Positions 15,900 to 32,644 of a stretch of 64,000 nt of DNA are shown piece by piece. Within the stretch, counting starts at the first letter, position 1, and each line of letters begins with the position of its first letter. The notes under the pieces are model-generated. The model did not search any database. It saw nothing but the letters and a program-made list of their open reading frames with translations, and was not told the DNA's origin. The position numbers were made by a program, and so were the translations under genes. The DNA comes from the human T2T-CHM13v2.0 reference genome, Homo sapiens. The DNA lies in NCBI RefSeq assembly GCF_009914755.1, contig NC_060940.1; one strand, written 5' to 3'.

Positions 15900-16250
15900 T
15901 CAGTTCAGTTTCTTCCTCTCTGTAGTTTTTTTGGACCAGTAATTTCTAATTATCCTGTAGGTCTCAGTTTAAATGTTGCATTTTCAGGGACGTCTTTGTA
16001 GATTCCTTTCTAGTGCATTGGGTCCCCGCTGCTGTGTATTGTCATCACTGTGCTTTCCCATCATAATATTGTTACACCTTACTGTAATTATATGCTTCCT
16101 GTCCAAATCCATAACTTCCAAGGGGCTATCTGGCTACCTTGTCTGTCTTGTTAATCGCTGTATTTTTCAGCACCTACAATAAATAGTGCCTGGCACACAG
16201 AAAGCTCTTCATAGGTATTTTTTGAATGAAAGGATGAATGAATGAGAGTG
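15900..16250 (+). mobile_element. L2 3' end
   Basis: cagcacctac...tagtgcctggcacacag...tgaatgaaaggatgaatgaatga. Confidence 0.75.
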
Positions 16251-17868
16251 AGTCCTAGGTTATTCCTCCTTGCCACCACAGCCATGGCTAGTGACCACTT
16301 AATATAAGTATTTGCAGCACTTGACACAAGTATAGAAAGGTTTGGGTCTCCTCTACTGGGAAAAGTCCAGTGCTAACAGTTATTGGGAGGATGACCTCAA
16401 GTCCTTTTCAGCACCACGCTGACACTACTTGGAATTATGCTACTGAGGGGAGGATCTTGTTCTTGCTACACATTGTACCTACTCTTTCTTCTGAGCAGCA
16501 ATGTCAGGAGGAGGAATTATCAACTAAATAAGTAGATTTTTGTGAAATATGTATTTTTTTAGTTATTTCCCCAAATCCTACTACTTCAAGTCTGCTATGA
16601 TCACATTGCCAAATTTCTGGGTTTTTAAGGTAGAGTTCCAAAAAATAATCATGTGTTATCTGGATGTTTCATACTGTAAGTAAGCATAGTGACAGATAAA
16701 TATTTTGAACAAATAATCATTCAGTAACCTAATTTGCCCCAATTAATGTAGTTTGATGAAAGTTTATTCAGCACCTTGTACAGGTCCTCAACACCTTTTC
16801 TTAAACTCTGCGGCCCAGCTACATTTTAAATACAGGTTTTTTTGAATTTTAAAAGGATGACATGTACCACCCAGTGAAGTTTGAGGCAGTACCCCATAAT
16901 CAAACATTAATATTTCTGCCTTGAAATAGTCACACTAAATAGGAAATGCACTACAAATAGCCTCAAATCAGCTCAGATTCTGATTTTGCTGCGTATAATT
17001 CTGGTCAGGTTGGGCCACAGGTGAATTATGAAAAAACTCCTGGTTTTAGACTTTTGGGTCTTTGGAGTTACTTGCAGAGAACTGTAATAGGTGCATATTT
17101 TGGTGTGATGATTCTACTGTCTGAGTCTCCCTTGAGTGCTTCCCCTCCCCTCCATGCTCTGGGCCACCATTAGGACAAGCCATGACTGTCACCTGGATCA
17201 CAGGGGCCTCCTCCCACTCCATCTCCTTGCCTCTTGTTCCTTAGCAATCCATTCTGCAGAGTAATTGGCCTAAAACAAGTTTGGTTCATATTGCTGTTCT
17301 TTGTAAATCCTTTCATTGGCTTCTTACTGCTCTACAGATGGGGCACGCATTTCTTAATCCATCATTCAAAACTCATTATGATCTGGGCCCATTTTACCTC
17401 TCCTGCCCTTCAATAGCCACTCCTCATTTTTTTTTTCTTGCAAACATATTTCTTCTGTTCCATAGTCCTGCTTACCTATTGACTGTACCTTCTGTCTGAA
17501 ATAGCTTCTTTATCCTGCCTCCATCCTCACGTCCCTTTTCTAACTCATCTATTTTTCAGGTCTTGGATTAGATTTCACTTCCAAGGAAACCTTTCCCCTC
17601 CTAGTTCTAGATTAAGTACCCTACCGTTGTGTTTGGGCAATGTCTTATGCTCCTGTTGCATTGTGATATAATTATGTTACTAATTCTCTGGAGCAAGCAT
17701 CTCAACCTTAGCACTATTAACTTTTTTTTATATGCTTATTTCATGACCTGGTGTTTAACACCCTCCTAAGCCTCTGACACTTGACCTGCTGTGCATCTCA
17801 CACTTGGCCTCTGACATTTGCCTTGCTTTAGCAGTCAGCTTCTAGACGTGGTTCTAAATAATGCCTAC

Positions 17869-18107
17869 CAGATTTCTCTACCTTAGCACTATTGACATTT
17901 TGAACTGGGTAATTCTTTGTTGGTGGGGGCGGTGGGGCGGGGGTGGTCATTGTAAGCACCATTGTAAGGTGTTTAGCAGCATCCCTGGTCTCCACCCACT
18001 AGATGCCAGTAACCCTCCTTCCCATTGTGACAACCAAAAATGTCTCCAGACATTGTCAAACATCCTCAGGGGTGGGGAGGCACAGTCACCCCTGGTTGAG
18101 ATCTACC
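17869..18107 (-). mobile_element. MER20 (hAT-Charlie non-autonomous DNA transposon)
   Basis: gcactattgacatttt...gtttagcagcatccctgg...ccactagatgccagta...gtgacaaccaaaaatgtctccagacattg is the reverse complement of the MER20 consensus. Confidence 0.9.
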
Positions 18108-19316
18108 AGTCTAGAAGGAAGACTCTTTGAGGAAGGGGCTATGCTTAAGGGCATCTTCATATTCCTGCCTTGGTACACATGGGTCACCTTATACATATTG
18201 AATTAAATTAATGTGGGAAGGAGGGTACTTGGCAAGGAAAGGGATGGATAGACAGATGAAGAGTCTAGCTCAGCTCTCTCGGGACATGGCATGTGAGAAT
18301 ATATAGCAAATGATTTTCAAGGGATTGAGGTACCATACATAAGGGGATCACACTCTGTTCTTCTCTTTGAATAACTACTCCTTTTGCCTTTGGGCCATCC
18401 CCCAAGGAATTATTTCCTGCCTTAGAGTTACAGGCCACAGAATCTCCTGATCTGCTGGAGGCTGCCTTAGAATCAACCAGGAAGCATTTGTTAAACCACT
18501 GTACAAATAATGGGCACAGATAGGAATCACAAGCAGTCCTTGCCCTCAAGGCGCTCCCAGCCCAGTGAGAAAGACACTGGTGGGTTTTGCCTCTCTGTCC
18601 AGAAGGCCCTTACACCCTTCCTTTCCTGGCACATTCCTACTCCTCCTATCCAGTCTTGATCAGGCCTTCCTAATACATGGTCCCATAGCATCTATTCTTT
18701 TCCTTCACAGCATTTTTCACAGTTTTAATTATATAGTTTTTTCTGTGTTTTACTTAAATGTTTCTATTCCTTGAGACTAAGTTCAATGGAGAAAGGGACA
18801 ATGTCTGTTGTGTTTGTTTATGTTTCTCCAGCTCCTGGCACAATAACTGGCACATTGTAGGCATTTAAAATATAATTTATAGACAAATAAGAATGCTTGT
18901 GGCTGTCCCTCCAAGAACTTGGATTCCAGTGGAGGAGATGGTGCCAACTGCAGTGCTCAGTTCTGTACCAAAGGGATAGGAAAGTGCACGGTTGGTTTTG
19001 GGAGTGAGATGGAGAATAATCTGGACTAGAAAGAGGTACCTGGGATGACTTTATAGGGAAAAAAAAGTTAGAAAATCAGGAAGACTAGAAAGGAAAAAAG
19101 AAAAGCCATTCATAGGTTTAATATAGACAACCATTTTGGTAAATTTCAGCCTCTTCCCCCTTTTTCTCTTTCTTTAAAAATATGTTACTTCATGCTTTAA
19201 AGTATTTCATGAATACAGAAAAACATAGAGAATAATATAACCTCCACCTAGCTTAGTCAAATCTTAACATTTTGCTAGCTTTGATTTACATTAAAAGAAA
19301 AAATGATATAAAATAG

Positions 19317-19763
<447 letters not shown>

Positions 19764-19778
19764 TAGGAAAGATGGGGA

Positions 19779-19942
19779 GGCCTGGCGTGGTGGCTTAATG
19801 CCTGTAATCCCAGCACTTTGGGGAAACTGAGTTGGGCGGATTGCTTGAGCTCAAGAGTTCGAGACCGGTCTGGGCAACATGGCCAAACCCCATCTCTACA
19901 AAAAATACAAAAATTAGCCTGGTGTGGTGGTGCATGCCTGTA
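19779..19942 (+). mobile_element. Partial AluJ (left arm + start of right arm), inverted relative to its neighbour
   Basis: ggcctggcgtggtggcttaatgcctgtaatcccagc...gcatgcctgta; no polyA tail. Confidence 0.9.
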
Positions 19943-19949
19943 CACACTA

Positions 19950-20040
19950 TTGATATATACATATATATATAGTGTAAGTATTTACATATATATATACACA
20001 CATATATATACACACACACATATATATATAAACTATATAT
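19950..20040. repeat. (TA/CA)n microsatellite
   Basis: Visible directly in the sequence. Confidence 0.9.
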
Positions 20041-20324
20041 TGTTTGTATATTATTAAAACTACATTTGGTTTGAAGATTTTGAACTTTGCATAGTATGGT
20101 ATCATACTGTGTATATATTTCTGTGGCTTGCTTTTTTCATTTAGCCTTTCGTGTGAGATTTAGCCATGTAGATGTGTATAGCAGTAATTCTTTCAGTTTT
20201 GTTGTATGATATTTTAGGACTACACTACAGTTTATCCATTCTTCTGTCAATGAGAGGTTTTGGTTATTTTCAACATTGTGGTATGTGTCTCGTGCATGTT
20301 TGACAGCTTTTCTAGGGTTTGTAC

Positions 20325-21105
20325 TGTTAAAAGAAAAACCTTAGACAAATTAAATATAATAGAATTTAATTGAATGAAGAACAGTTTGTGAATCGGGCAG
20401 CCCCCAAACTAGACCAGGATTAGAGAAGCTAGGATTAGTATAGTCACGTGGTTGAAGATTTATGGACAGAAAAAGAAAGGTGCCATACAGAAAATGGAAG
20501 TGAGGTGCAGAAACCGTCGGATTGGTTATAGTTCATTGTTGGTCTTATTTGAATATAGTTTGGCAGTTGGCTGCCTCTGATTGGCTGAAACTAGGTGATT
20601 GGCACAAGAGTAGGTTATAGTTTGTTTATGTATTTAGTTAGGTTATAGTTTCTTATGTATAGAGAAACCTTTAAGCTGAATTTAAAATACATAAGGAGGC
20701 AGGTTTAGACTAAATTTAATTGAATGGTTTTTCCTTTTTGATCAGTCTCTCAAAATTTCACTTTTGAGAGATTGACCAAAACTTTAGGCATTAATGTCAC
20801 TTTGGTTTTAAATTTTACTAGGAAATAGTAGACCAGTGGACTTTGCAAGGTGGGAACAAGGACTTCAGATAATTTTTTTGTAAGGGTTAGAGTAGAGGGA
20901 ACCTTTTTTTGTTGGAATTTTTTGCTTATAGGAGAAAAAATCTGGTCTGTTTTAAACTTATTTTTTTTTAAGTTTTAGTTTGATTATATCATATTTAGTA
21001 TAAGTGATTGTATTTTGGTTGGTTTGGTCTGTTGGGGCTTAGTGTAGGAGTTTAGTCTAAAATAATGGCCTCGCATAGCAGCTTTAGGCTAAACTGAATT
21101 TAACA
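20325..21105 (-). mobile_element. MER57-like ERV1 element: complete 3' LTR (20325-~20726), ~350 bp internal 3' end, 28-bp 5' LTR stub
   Basis: TG..CA termini (tgttaaaagaaaaacc ... gaatttaaca); LTR-start motif appears twice (~20698-20726 and 21078-21105); polypurine tract next to the LTR; flanks gtac/gcac as 4-bp TSD. Confidence 0.8.
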
Positions 21106-21109
21106 GCAC

Positions 21110-21960
21110 CTGCAGGTGGAACAGCTGACGTGTAGGGTCCTACATTTCCTCAGCTTCACTGGACGTTGCCAGATCATTCTCCAGAGCAGCTTTGAGGTTT
21201 CAGCTCCTGACAGCACTGTCTCAGAATTTCTGTTGCCTCATATTCTTGCCAAGACTTGGTACTGTCAGACTTTCAAATTTTTGCCAATGTGAAATAGTAC
21301 ATTTCCTTCATTTCTAGTGAATTTGGGCATCACTTCTTATGTTTATTTGGCTGTTTCCGTTTCCTCTTTTGGGGCTTGTCAGATTTTCTTTTGTATGTTC
21401 TTTTTCTTATGTATGTTTATATCCTTATATATCTCAGATTAACCTTTTGTTGATATTTTGCATTTCCTGTTTTCCATAGTTCACATATGTTCTCCATCAT
21501 GGCTTATCTTTCCACTTTGTGGTATGCTTTGTTGGGTGCCAGTTTCACATTATAATCAAGTCATACTTGTCAGTCTGTTCATTTATGGTTGGTGCTTTTT
21601 ACATCATGTTTAATCCCTCCGTTCTCTAAGTACTTTGGGGTCATAAAGAGATCCTACCATGTTTCCTTCTAAAAGTTTGTTCTGTTTTTTTTCAGTGTAG
21701 GTCTAATCCATGTGCAATTTATTTCTGTGTGTGCATATAAGATAGAGAAAATTTTCCACGTGAGTAAACTGGTTGCACAAGCCAGTGTCACTGATTGCAT
21801 AGTCTTATCTTTTTCCCCACTGATTTGTGATGCCACCTTATCACGTATTCAGTTTCCTTAGTATACATGGGCAGCTTCATCGGTTTATAATACATTCTTT
21901 TAAAATAATATATGCTTGTGTCACTTCTGCACTATCTTAATCACTGTGGCTTTATATATT
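21110..21960 (-). mobile_element. Old L1 (L1ME-like), continuation of fragments at ~19190-20320
   Basis: Degenerate antisense L1 ORF2/3' end motifs (ttcttgccaagacttggtactgtcagac). Confidence 0.65.
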
Positions 21961-23014
21961 GATACATTATGCAAGGCCCTGTTAAGAACCTTGAGTGGAT
22001 GGTTATGATTGGAACTTAGTGTGTGGGGGATAGAATAGTGGGTGGTTGTGCTAGGAAAGTAGGTGGACTTGATTTTGTGGAGGGCTTTGAGGAGAACTCT
22101 GAGGACACAGGTAAGGTCTGTCTGTGGGACCATGGGTCACTGGGTGCTGGTAGATATAGAAGTAGGGCCTGGGCTATAATCTTTCAGCAGCAATGAGTGG
22201 TTTTTTTCAAAGAAGATTAAGGGTCTCAAGAAGTTATTTGTGCATTCCACATAAACTCATATATATGTATAGTATATTTTTTCCAGAAGTCTTTTTGATT
22301 AACTCTTCTTTAAGCTGTTGCTCTCTTAAAACCTCACCTCAAATTTCTCTTACATCAGAAACTCTTTAAAACTGGTTATTGTGAGTGTTCTTTGCTTTGG
22401 TGTTACAGTCTTCATTTGAAAGCTGGTTCTTAGCATTGTCATTTTCTTTTTCAGTTAATATGGCTTTTTTTTTTTTTACATTGAGCTTTAGGCTTATTTT
22501 TTCCCCTTTCTACTTTGTACTGAATTGAATCAGAAAAAAAAAGAATGCTATTTTTAAGTGCCATTATTCTTTTGAAGAAAAGCTTCCATTTAAAATGTTT
22601 GTCTGAACTGTAAGGGGTTTCTGTCAACCACTTCTGCTTCTGCTGAGAATGAGTAACATGACCTTTTTTTCTGTTTTAAAGAACAAGAGCGATGTCACGA
22701 TGCTCCAAATGTTTGTTGTATTCCTTATTTTGGTGACATTTGAACTCTTATTAAGTAGAATTGAGTTAGTAAAAATTAAATAAGTTAGAGAAAATTGACT
22801 ACTACTTAGATTGTTAACCTCTTATGCAAACTCTAGTGCTTCTGTGGTGTTTGAAAAGGAAGTATAAAAAGAGTTGCAGAATGAGGGGAAAAGCCCTGAA
22901 AGCGTTTTTGTTTTTGTTTTTTTCAAATTGGAAATGTCTTTATTCTCTTTGCAGACTGTAAAGGTAGCACACGCTCATTATAAAAATTTGACGCAATACC
23001 AAAGGGTGTAGAAT

Positions 23015-23214
23015 AGCACTCCCCCATAGAGTTTTCTGCAATGATGGAAATGTTCTATTTTGTACCATCAGTGTAGTAACCATTAACCATATGTGGCCGT
23101 CAAGCCCTTAAAATGTGACAGGTGCAATTGTAGAACTGAGTTTTTTAATTTAATTGTAATTGATTTATATTTAAGTAGAACATGTGGTGAGTAGCTACTG
23201 TATGGTACACTCAG
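23015..23214 (+). mobile_element. MER3 DNA transposon
   Basis: ttctgcaatgatggaaatgttctat...catatgtggc...aactgagttttttaatt...acatgtggtgagtagctac. Confidence 0.8.
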
Positions 23215-23549
23215 AGATAGCCGGTTGGGTGTGTACATTCTCTGTCACTCTCTACCAGCCTCCTGACTTTCTTCTCTCTTTTACCTCTGCTCTGTCCCTT
23301 TTTTCTCACCTCCTGTCTCTGTTTCTTTGGCATGCAGCCTGCCAGGCTGCCTCCACTCTCCCTGCCTTCCCCGTTCTTTCTCTTGTTCTTTCTATGTAAG
23401 TGTTATATATATACACATAGGACATTCTGTTCAGCAGTTAACTTTTTCTATTTAATTATGTATCATGGACATTTTCCCCTTTCAGTACATATGGATCTGT
23501 TTTTTTTTTTTCAATAATAGCGTAATTTCAGTGGAATTAATGTACCAAC

Positions 23550-26097
<2,548 letters not shown>

Positions 26098-27849
26098 GTG
26101 TATTAACATGTGTTAACCCTACTGATGGGTAGTAGGTTGTTTTCAGTTTTTTTTCCTATAAAATATTTTTTAACCACTACAGTATTTCCTGTTATATGTT
26201 TTCCTTTGTGTTTTCTGCGTACCTTGCTGGTGTATAGGGTTGAATTGTTCAAAACTGAAATCTGCGTTTTCTTTTGTACTTTGATACCTAGTAGAATTCC
26301 CTTAGAACTTCAAATAAAGACCCCACTGGAATCCTTGGCTGCAGCCTACAGGTTAAGGTTGGCATATTGTCTTTCACTAGTGCAGTAATAATGGTTCTGA
26401 TTGCTTGCTGTCCGGTGTGCTAAAGAGAAAGAGACTGGAATGTTACATCAACATGGATGAATGCCCACTGTTGTCTCTCTCAGAGAGGTGGGCTGGCTGC
26501 AACTGCCTCTGCCTTTCTTGAGGCCACCTCGGCAAGGGTGTGTGCAAAGGCAGCACTAGGCACACCTGCTGCCAGCCCCTCCAGCAAGGCCATTTCTGTT
26601 TCATGGGCAAAATTCCTGGGGGTAAATACTGTGGGCTTGAGGTCTCATCTTAGATTTCAGAGAAAATCTGAATTCGGTTTAATGGCAATCTAGCCTGGCA
26701 AACAGATTCTGCTTATGTCAGCTGGAGCGGGCAGCTTGGAGGGGAACCCCCAGAGGTGCTGTGCCTAGCAGTAGGGATGGGTGAGAGTGAGCAGACTCTT
26801 CTCTAGCAAGCACCTCTGTTTTTCCAGTTGGTAGTTTTTTACAGTGTCTCCCAGAAATTTTGTAAACATATTGTTTCCACTCACCTGATAAAACCTTCTA
26901 AATCTTTTTCTTTTTGGAATAACTTGTTTCATGAAATTGTTGGTAGTAGTTGCTTTTCTTATTTGGCAAATGGGTTTTTGTACTTTACGTCTGTCTGAGG
27001 TTTATAATATGCTGAGGTCATTTCCAAGTGATTTTTCAAGTGATGGTTAACATTTTTCATCTTTATCTGAAAAATATTTCTCTTAAGGACAGTGATGTAT
27101 TTATAGGAAATAATTAAAATAATGCCGCTTGAAAAACAAAGAGTTTGCGGAACACAGAAACCTGAGCTGCCCTCCCTTTCCTTAGTTTAGTCATTTCCAG
27201 CACAGAAATTGTAACCCTGAATAATTACTTTCAAGGACTACACTCAAACTTCTTAACTTCTCTGGCTACTCTAAGGAAAAGCTAAAGAGATAATGTGGTA
27301 AGGAATAAAAAGTACATGGAGAAATTTATTTTACTGATTGAACTTTAGAAAATAAAGCCTTAGGAAATTCTTAATTCACTAAGATTAGTTTGGTTACCTA
27401 GTTTCAAGAAGTAACTTTAGAAACAATACCCACTCTCTAAAAGCCAGAGGGTTTTTTTTTCCTTTTTAAAAAAACCTTAGTTTATATGTATAGCCGTGTT
27501 ATGTTGCCAGATACCTAGAAATCCAAATGTCTGTTAAATCCCAAATATTGGATTTAACAATGCAAAATATAAATATTAATTTCAACCTCTGTTACTTTAA
27601 GAGCTAACCTGTATTATGCCTGGGCTAGGAAAACTTTAAAACCCTATTATCATTTATTCATCAGAATATTTTTCTTTGTGTGTCAGAACAGTTGGTAGAA
27701 ATAAACTTTTTTTATTTGGAAGTTTGAAGTTTAATTAGAAAGTCAAGACAAGCTAGAAAGGGGGTTAAATTTTTTAAAAATAATAATGTTATACTTTTTA
27801 TATTATTTCACATAATCGATGCGGGAAACCAAGAATGTGGTAGACAGAA

Positions 27850-28100
27850 TAATAACACTAATTGCTGACATTATTGACATTTACTGATTTATTCATAGCT
27901 CTGCTGTGCGCCTCACATCTATTATCTCTTCAATTCTCCCATCAATCCTGTGAAATAAGTACGTTTGTCACCCCCAGCTTTAACTAAAGATGCTGTGGCT
28001 TTGAAAGTTTAAGTAACTTGCCCACCAGCTAAAAAATTTCACAGCTGGAATTTGAACCCAAGCAGTCTGACAACAGAGGAGGAAACTTTAACCATCACAG
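27850..28100 (-). mobile_element. MIR
   Basis: aagtaacttgccca...gctggaatttgaacccaagcagtctga. Confidence 0.75.
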
Positions 28101-28635
28101 TTCTAATTTGACGAGATCTCTCCTGAAACAGGGGCTAAATACTATGATAGTTAAGTGAATACTTCATCCAGGAAACAACCGTAGCTAAAAATGAAGCCAG
28201 TGAGCAATTTTTTAATGGTTTCTCACAGCCAAGTGTAATTCCAAACACCTGACATATAGTATCTCACTTCATTTGCACTCTGCAAGGGATATATTATTTA
28301 TACTCATTTTTCAAAGAGGCTTAGGGGGTTAACTAACTTGCCCATAGTCACGATTTTTGTAATTTGTGAAGCTGGGATGGTGCAGAATAATTGATTAACA
28401 TCCATTTATTAAATATTTTTATTAGTTTGTGCAAGGATTGCTTTAGTTCTGTTCAGTTCGGTATTTTAATCAGTTACTAAGATGAATATGCAAAAGGCAA
28501 ACAAATTTCAGATGACACAAAACGGAGTGAAGGTATTACAAAATGGAACAATATTCAAAAAGATTTTCAGCCTTAAATTGCTTGCTTTTTAAGCATAAAC
28601 AACACATTCACACATTCAAAGATAACAAGACTAAG

Positions 28636-28921
28636 GGCCGGGTGCGGTAAGTATCTTTGTCTTACACCAGAGGCGGGTGGATCACGAGGTCAGGAGATAG
28701 AGACCATCCTGGCTAACATGGTGAAACCCCGTCTCTACTAAAAATACAAAAAAAATTAGCCAGGCGTGGTGGTGGGCGCCTGTAGTCCCAGCTACTCAGG
28801 AGGCTGAAGCAGGAGAATGGCGTGAACCCGGGAGCAGAGGTTGCAGTGAGCCGAGATCATGCCACTGCACTCCAGCCTGGGGGACAGAGCGAGACTCTGT
28901 CTCAAAAAAAAAAAAAAAAAA
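28636..28921 (+). mobile_element. AluY with a non-Alu filler in the left arm
   Basis: AluY diagnostics (gatcacgagg, accatcctggctaac, gaatggcgtgaacc); 28649-28669 replaces the consensus 5' segment. Confidence 0.93.
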
Positions 28922-29024
28922 TAATGACGAAAATCCCCTCTAGCCTTGGCCAGTGACCACTCCATTGCACCGTCCCACTACTGTTCACACACAGCTGAGA
29001 ACCACTCTACTCCTTTCCTCTTTC

Positions 29025-29158
29025 TCCAGGGTGTCATTTTTAGCAAAAGTGAATATATATATATATTTTCTTCTTTTCCCCTTTTCTGATTCACTGGTGT
29101 TACTGGCCAGGTCCAAGTCTCTCCTATATCTTTGTCCAGGGTGTAATTTTAGCAAAAC

Positions 29159-29213
<55 letters not shown>

Positions 29214-29263
29214 CTTTTTTTCCCCTTTTCTAATTCATTGGTGTTACTGGCCAAGTCCAGGTC
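29025..29263. repeat. ~110-bp tandem duplication containing a (TA)n(T)n microsatellite
   Basis: tccagggtgt...agcaaaa.tgaatata...ccccttttct.attca.tggtgttactggcca appears twice, starting at 29025 and 29135. Confidence 0.92.
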
Positions 29264-29866
29264 CATTCTGTCTGCATGCAGTAAGTTTATTACTGTGACT
29301 TGGGTTTTGCAAAAGAGAAAAGATTTATTCTCAAGGCTGCCGAGCAAGGAGACAGAAGAACAGCTCTGAAAACCACCTCCCTGAAGATAAGGCTTAGGGA
29401 TGTTTATGGTTGAGGAAGTGAGGTAGTCTAAGGCATGGGGAAAAATGAAGTAAGAGGTTTATTCTGTGCAAGCGTAGTTGGGTTTCATGCCATTTCATAG
29501 GACATATGTGCCAAAAATGGTGTTAGCGTGATCTGAGAGTGGAGTTTTTGGCCTCCCTGACCTCAAAAGGTCACCTCTTAGGTTCTTAACACAGGCCCAG
29601 TTGAAGGGTTCGTGGTCTCGACCAGTTGGAACTGGGCAGGAGCTGGCCCACATTCCTGGAAGACAACTGAAATAACCGTTACTTTGATGACCTATGATGT
29701 TATCTATAACATAGCCAGTGAAGTTTCAGTGTTTAGCAGTAATGCCTTCACCTACTGCGGCCTTCAGCTTCTTAGAAAAAGGAAAACAACAGCAACAGCA
29801 ACAAAAAGCAAGTGACCAAAAGCAAGCGGGACAGGCAGACCTGACCAAGTTAACCCCCTGCTTTCA
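29242..29866 (-). mobile_element. Solo LTR, ERV1 MER4-group (LOR1-like)
   Basis: TGTTAC...TTTCA termini, flanks ttgg/ttag, antisense AATAAA near 29325, LOR1-like motifs. Confidence 0.6.
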
Positions 29867-29879
29867 TTAGCAACAGATC

Positions 29880-31870
<1,991 letters not shown>

Positions 31871-31954
31871 TTCATTTTGATTGGTGAAACCACTATAATA
31901 GTAGCTACTTGTAGGTGTACATTTAATCTTTATAATAATCCATGAGTTAGGTAC

Positions 31955-32312
31955 TGTATTAGTTCATTCTCATGCTGCTAATAAAGACATACCCAAGACT
32001 GGGTAATTTATAAAGGAAAGAGCATGGCGCTGGGGAGGCCTCAGGAAACTTATACAATCATGGCGGAAGGGGAGCAAACACATCCTTCTTCACGGAACAG
32101 CAGGAGAGGGAACAATGAGCAAAGAGGGAAAAACACCTTATAAAATTATCAGATCTCATGAGAAGTCACTAACTATCACAAGAACGGCAGCATGGGGGTA
32201 ACTGCCCCCATGATTCAGTTACCTTCCACTGGGTCCTTCCCATGACACATGGGGATTATGGGAACTACAATTCAAGGTGAGATTTGGGTGGGGACACAGC
32301 CAAACCATATCA
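31955..32312 (-). mobile_element. THE1 (MaLR) solo LTR, inserted in a MIR
   Basis: tgtattagttcattctcatgctgctaataaagacatacc ... gatttgggtggggacacagccaaaccatatca. Confidence 0.93.
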
Positions 32313-32644
32313 TGTGCTATGACCCAAGCTTATATATGGGGAATTAAGCTTTATTGAGGTTATACATTGCTCAAGTTCATATAATTTATTAGTGATAGTG
32401 CTGGATTTTGTCCCCATATCTAACTCCAAAACATGAACTCTGAACTGATACCCTATACTACACTGTCTCTGTTGTGGAAAAGGATTTCAAAATTCATCTA
32501 ATATAAATTCAAACCAAATTAGTAAGAGCCTCATCAGTGGGTGAGGCAATCACAATCTCATACTTAAGAGAATGTAGTTAAACTGTTTTTTAGCTAATTT
32601 AGGATAGCGTGACCAGAATTGTGAGTAGATGCAAAAGTTCATGG

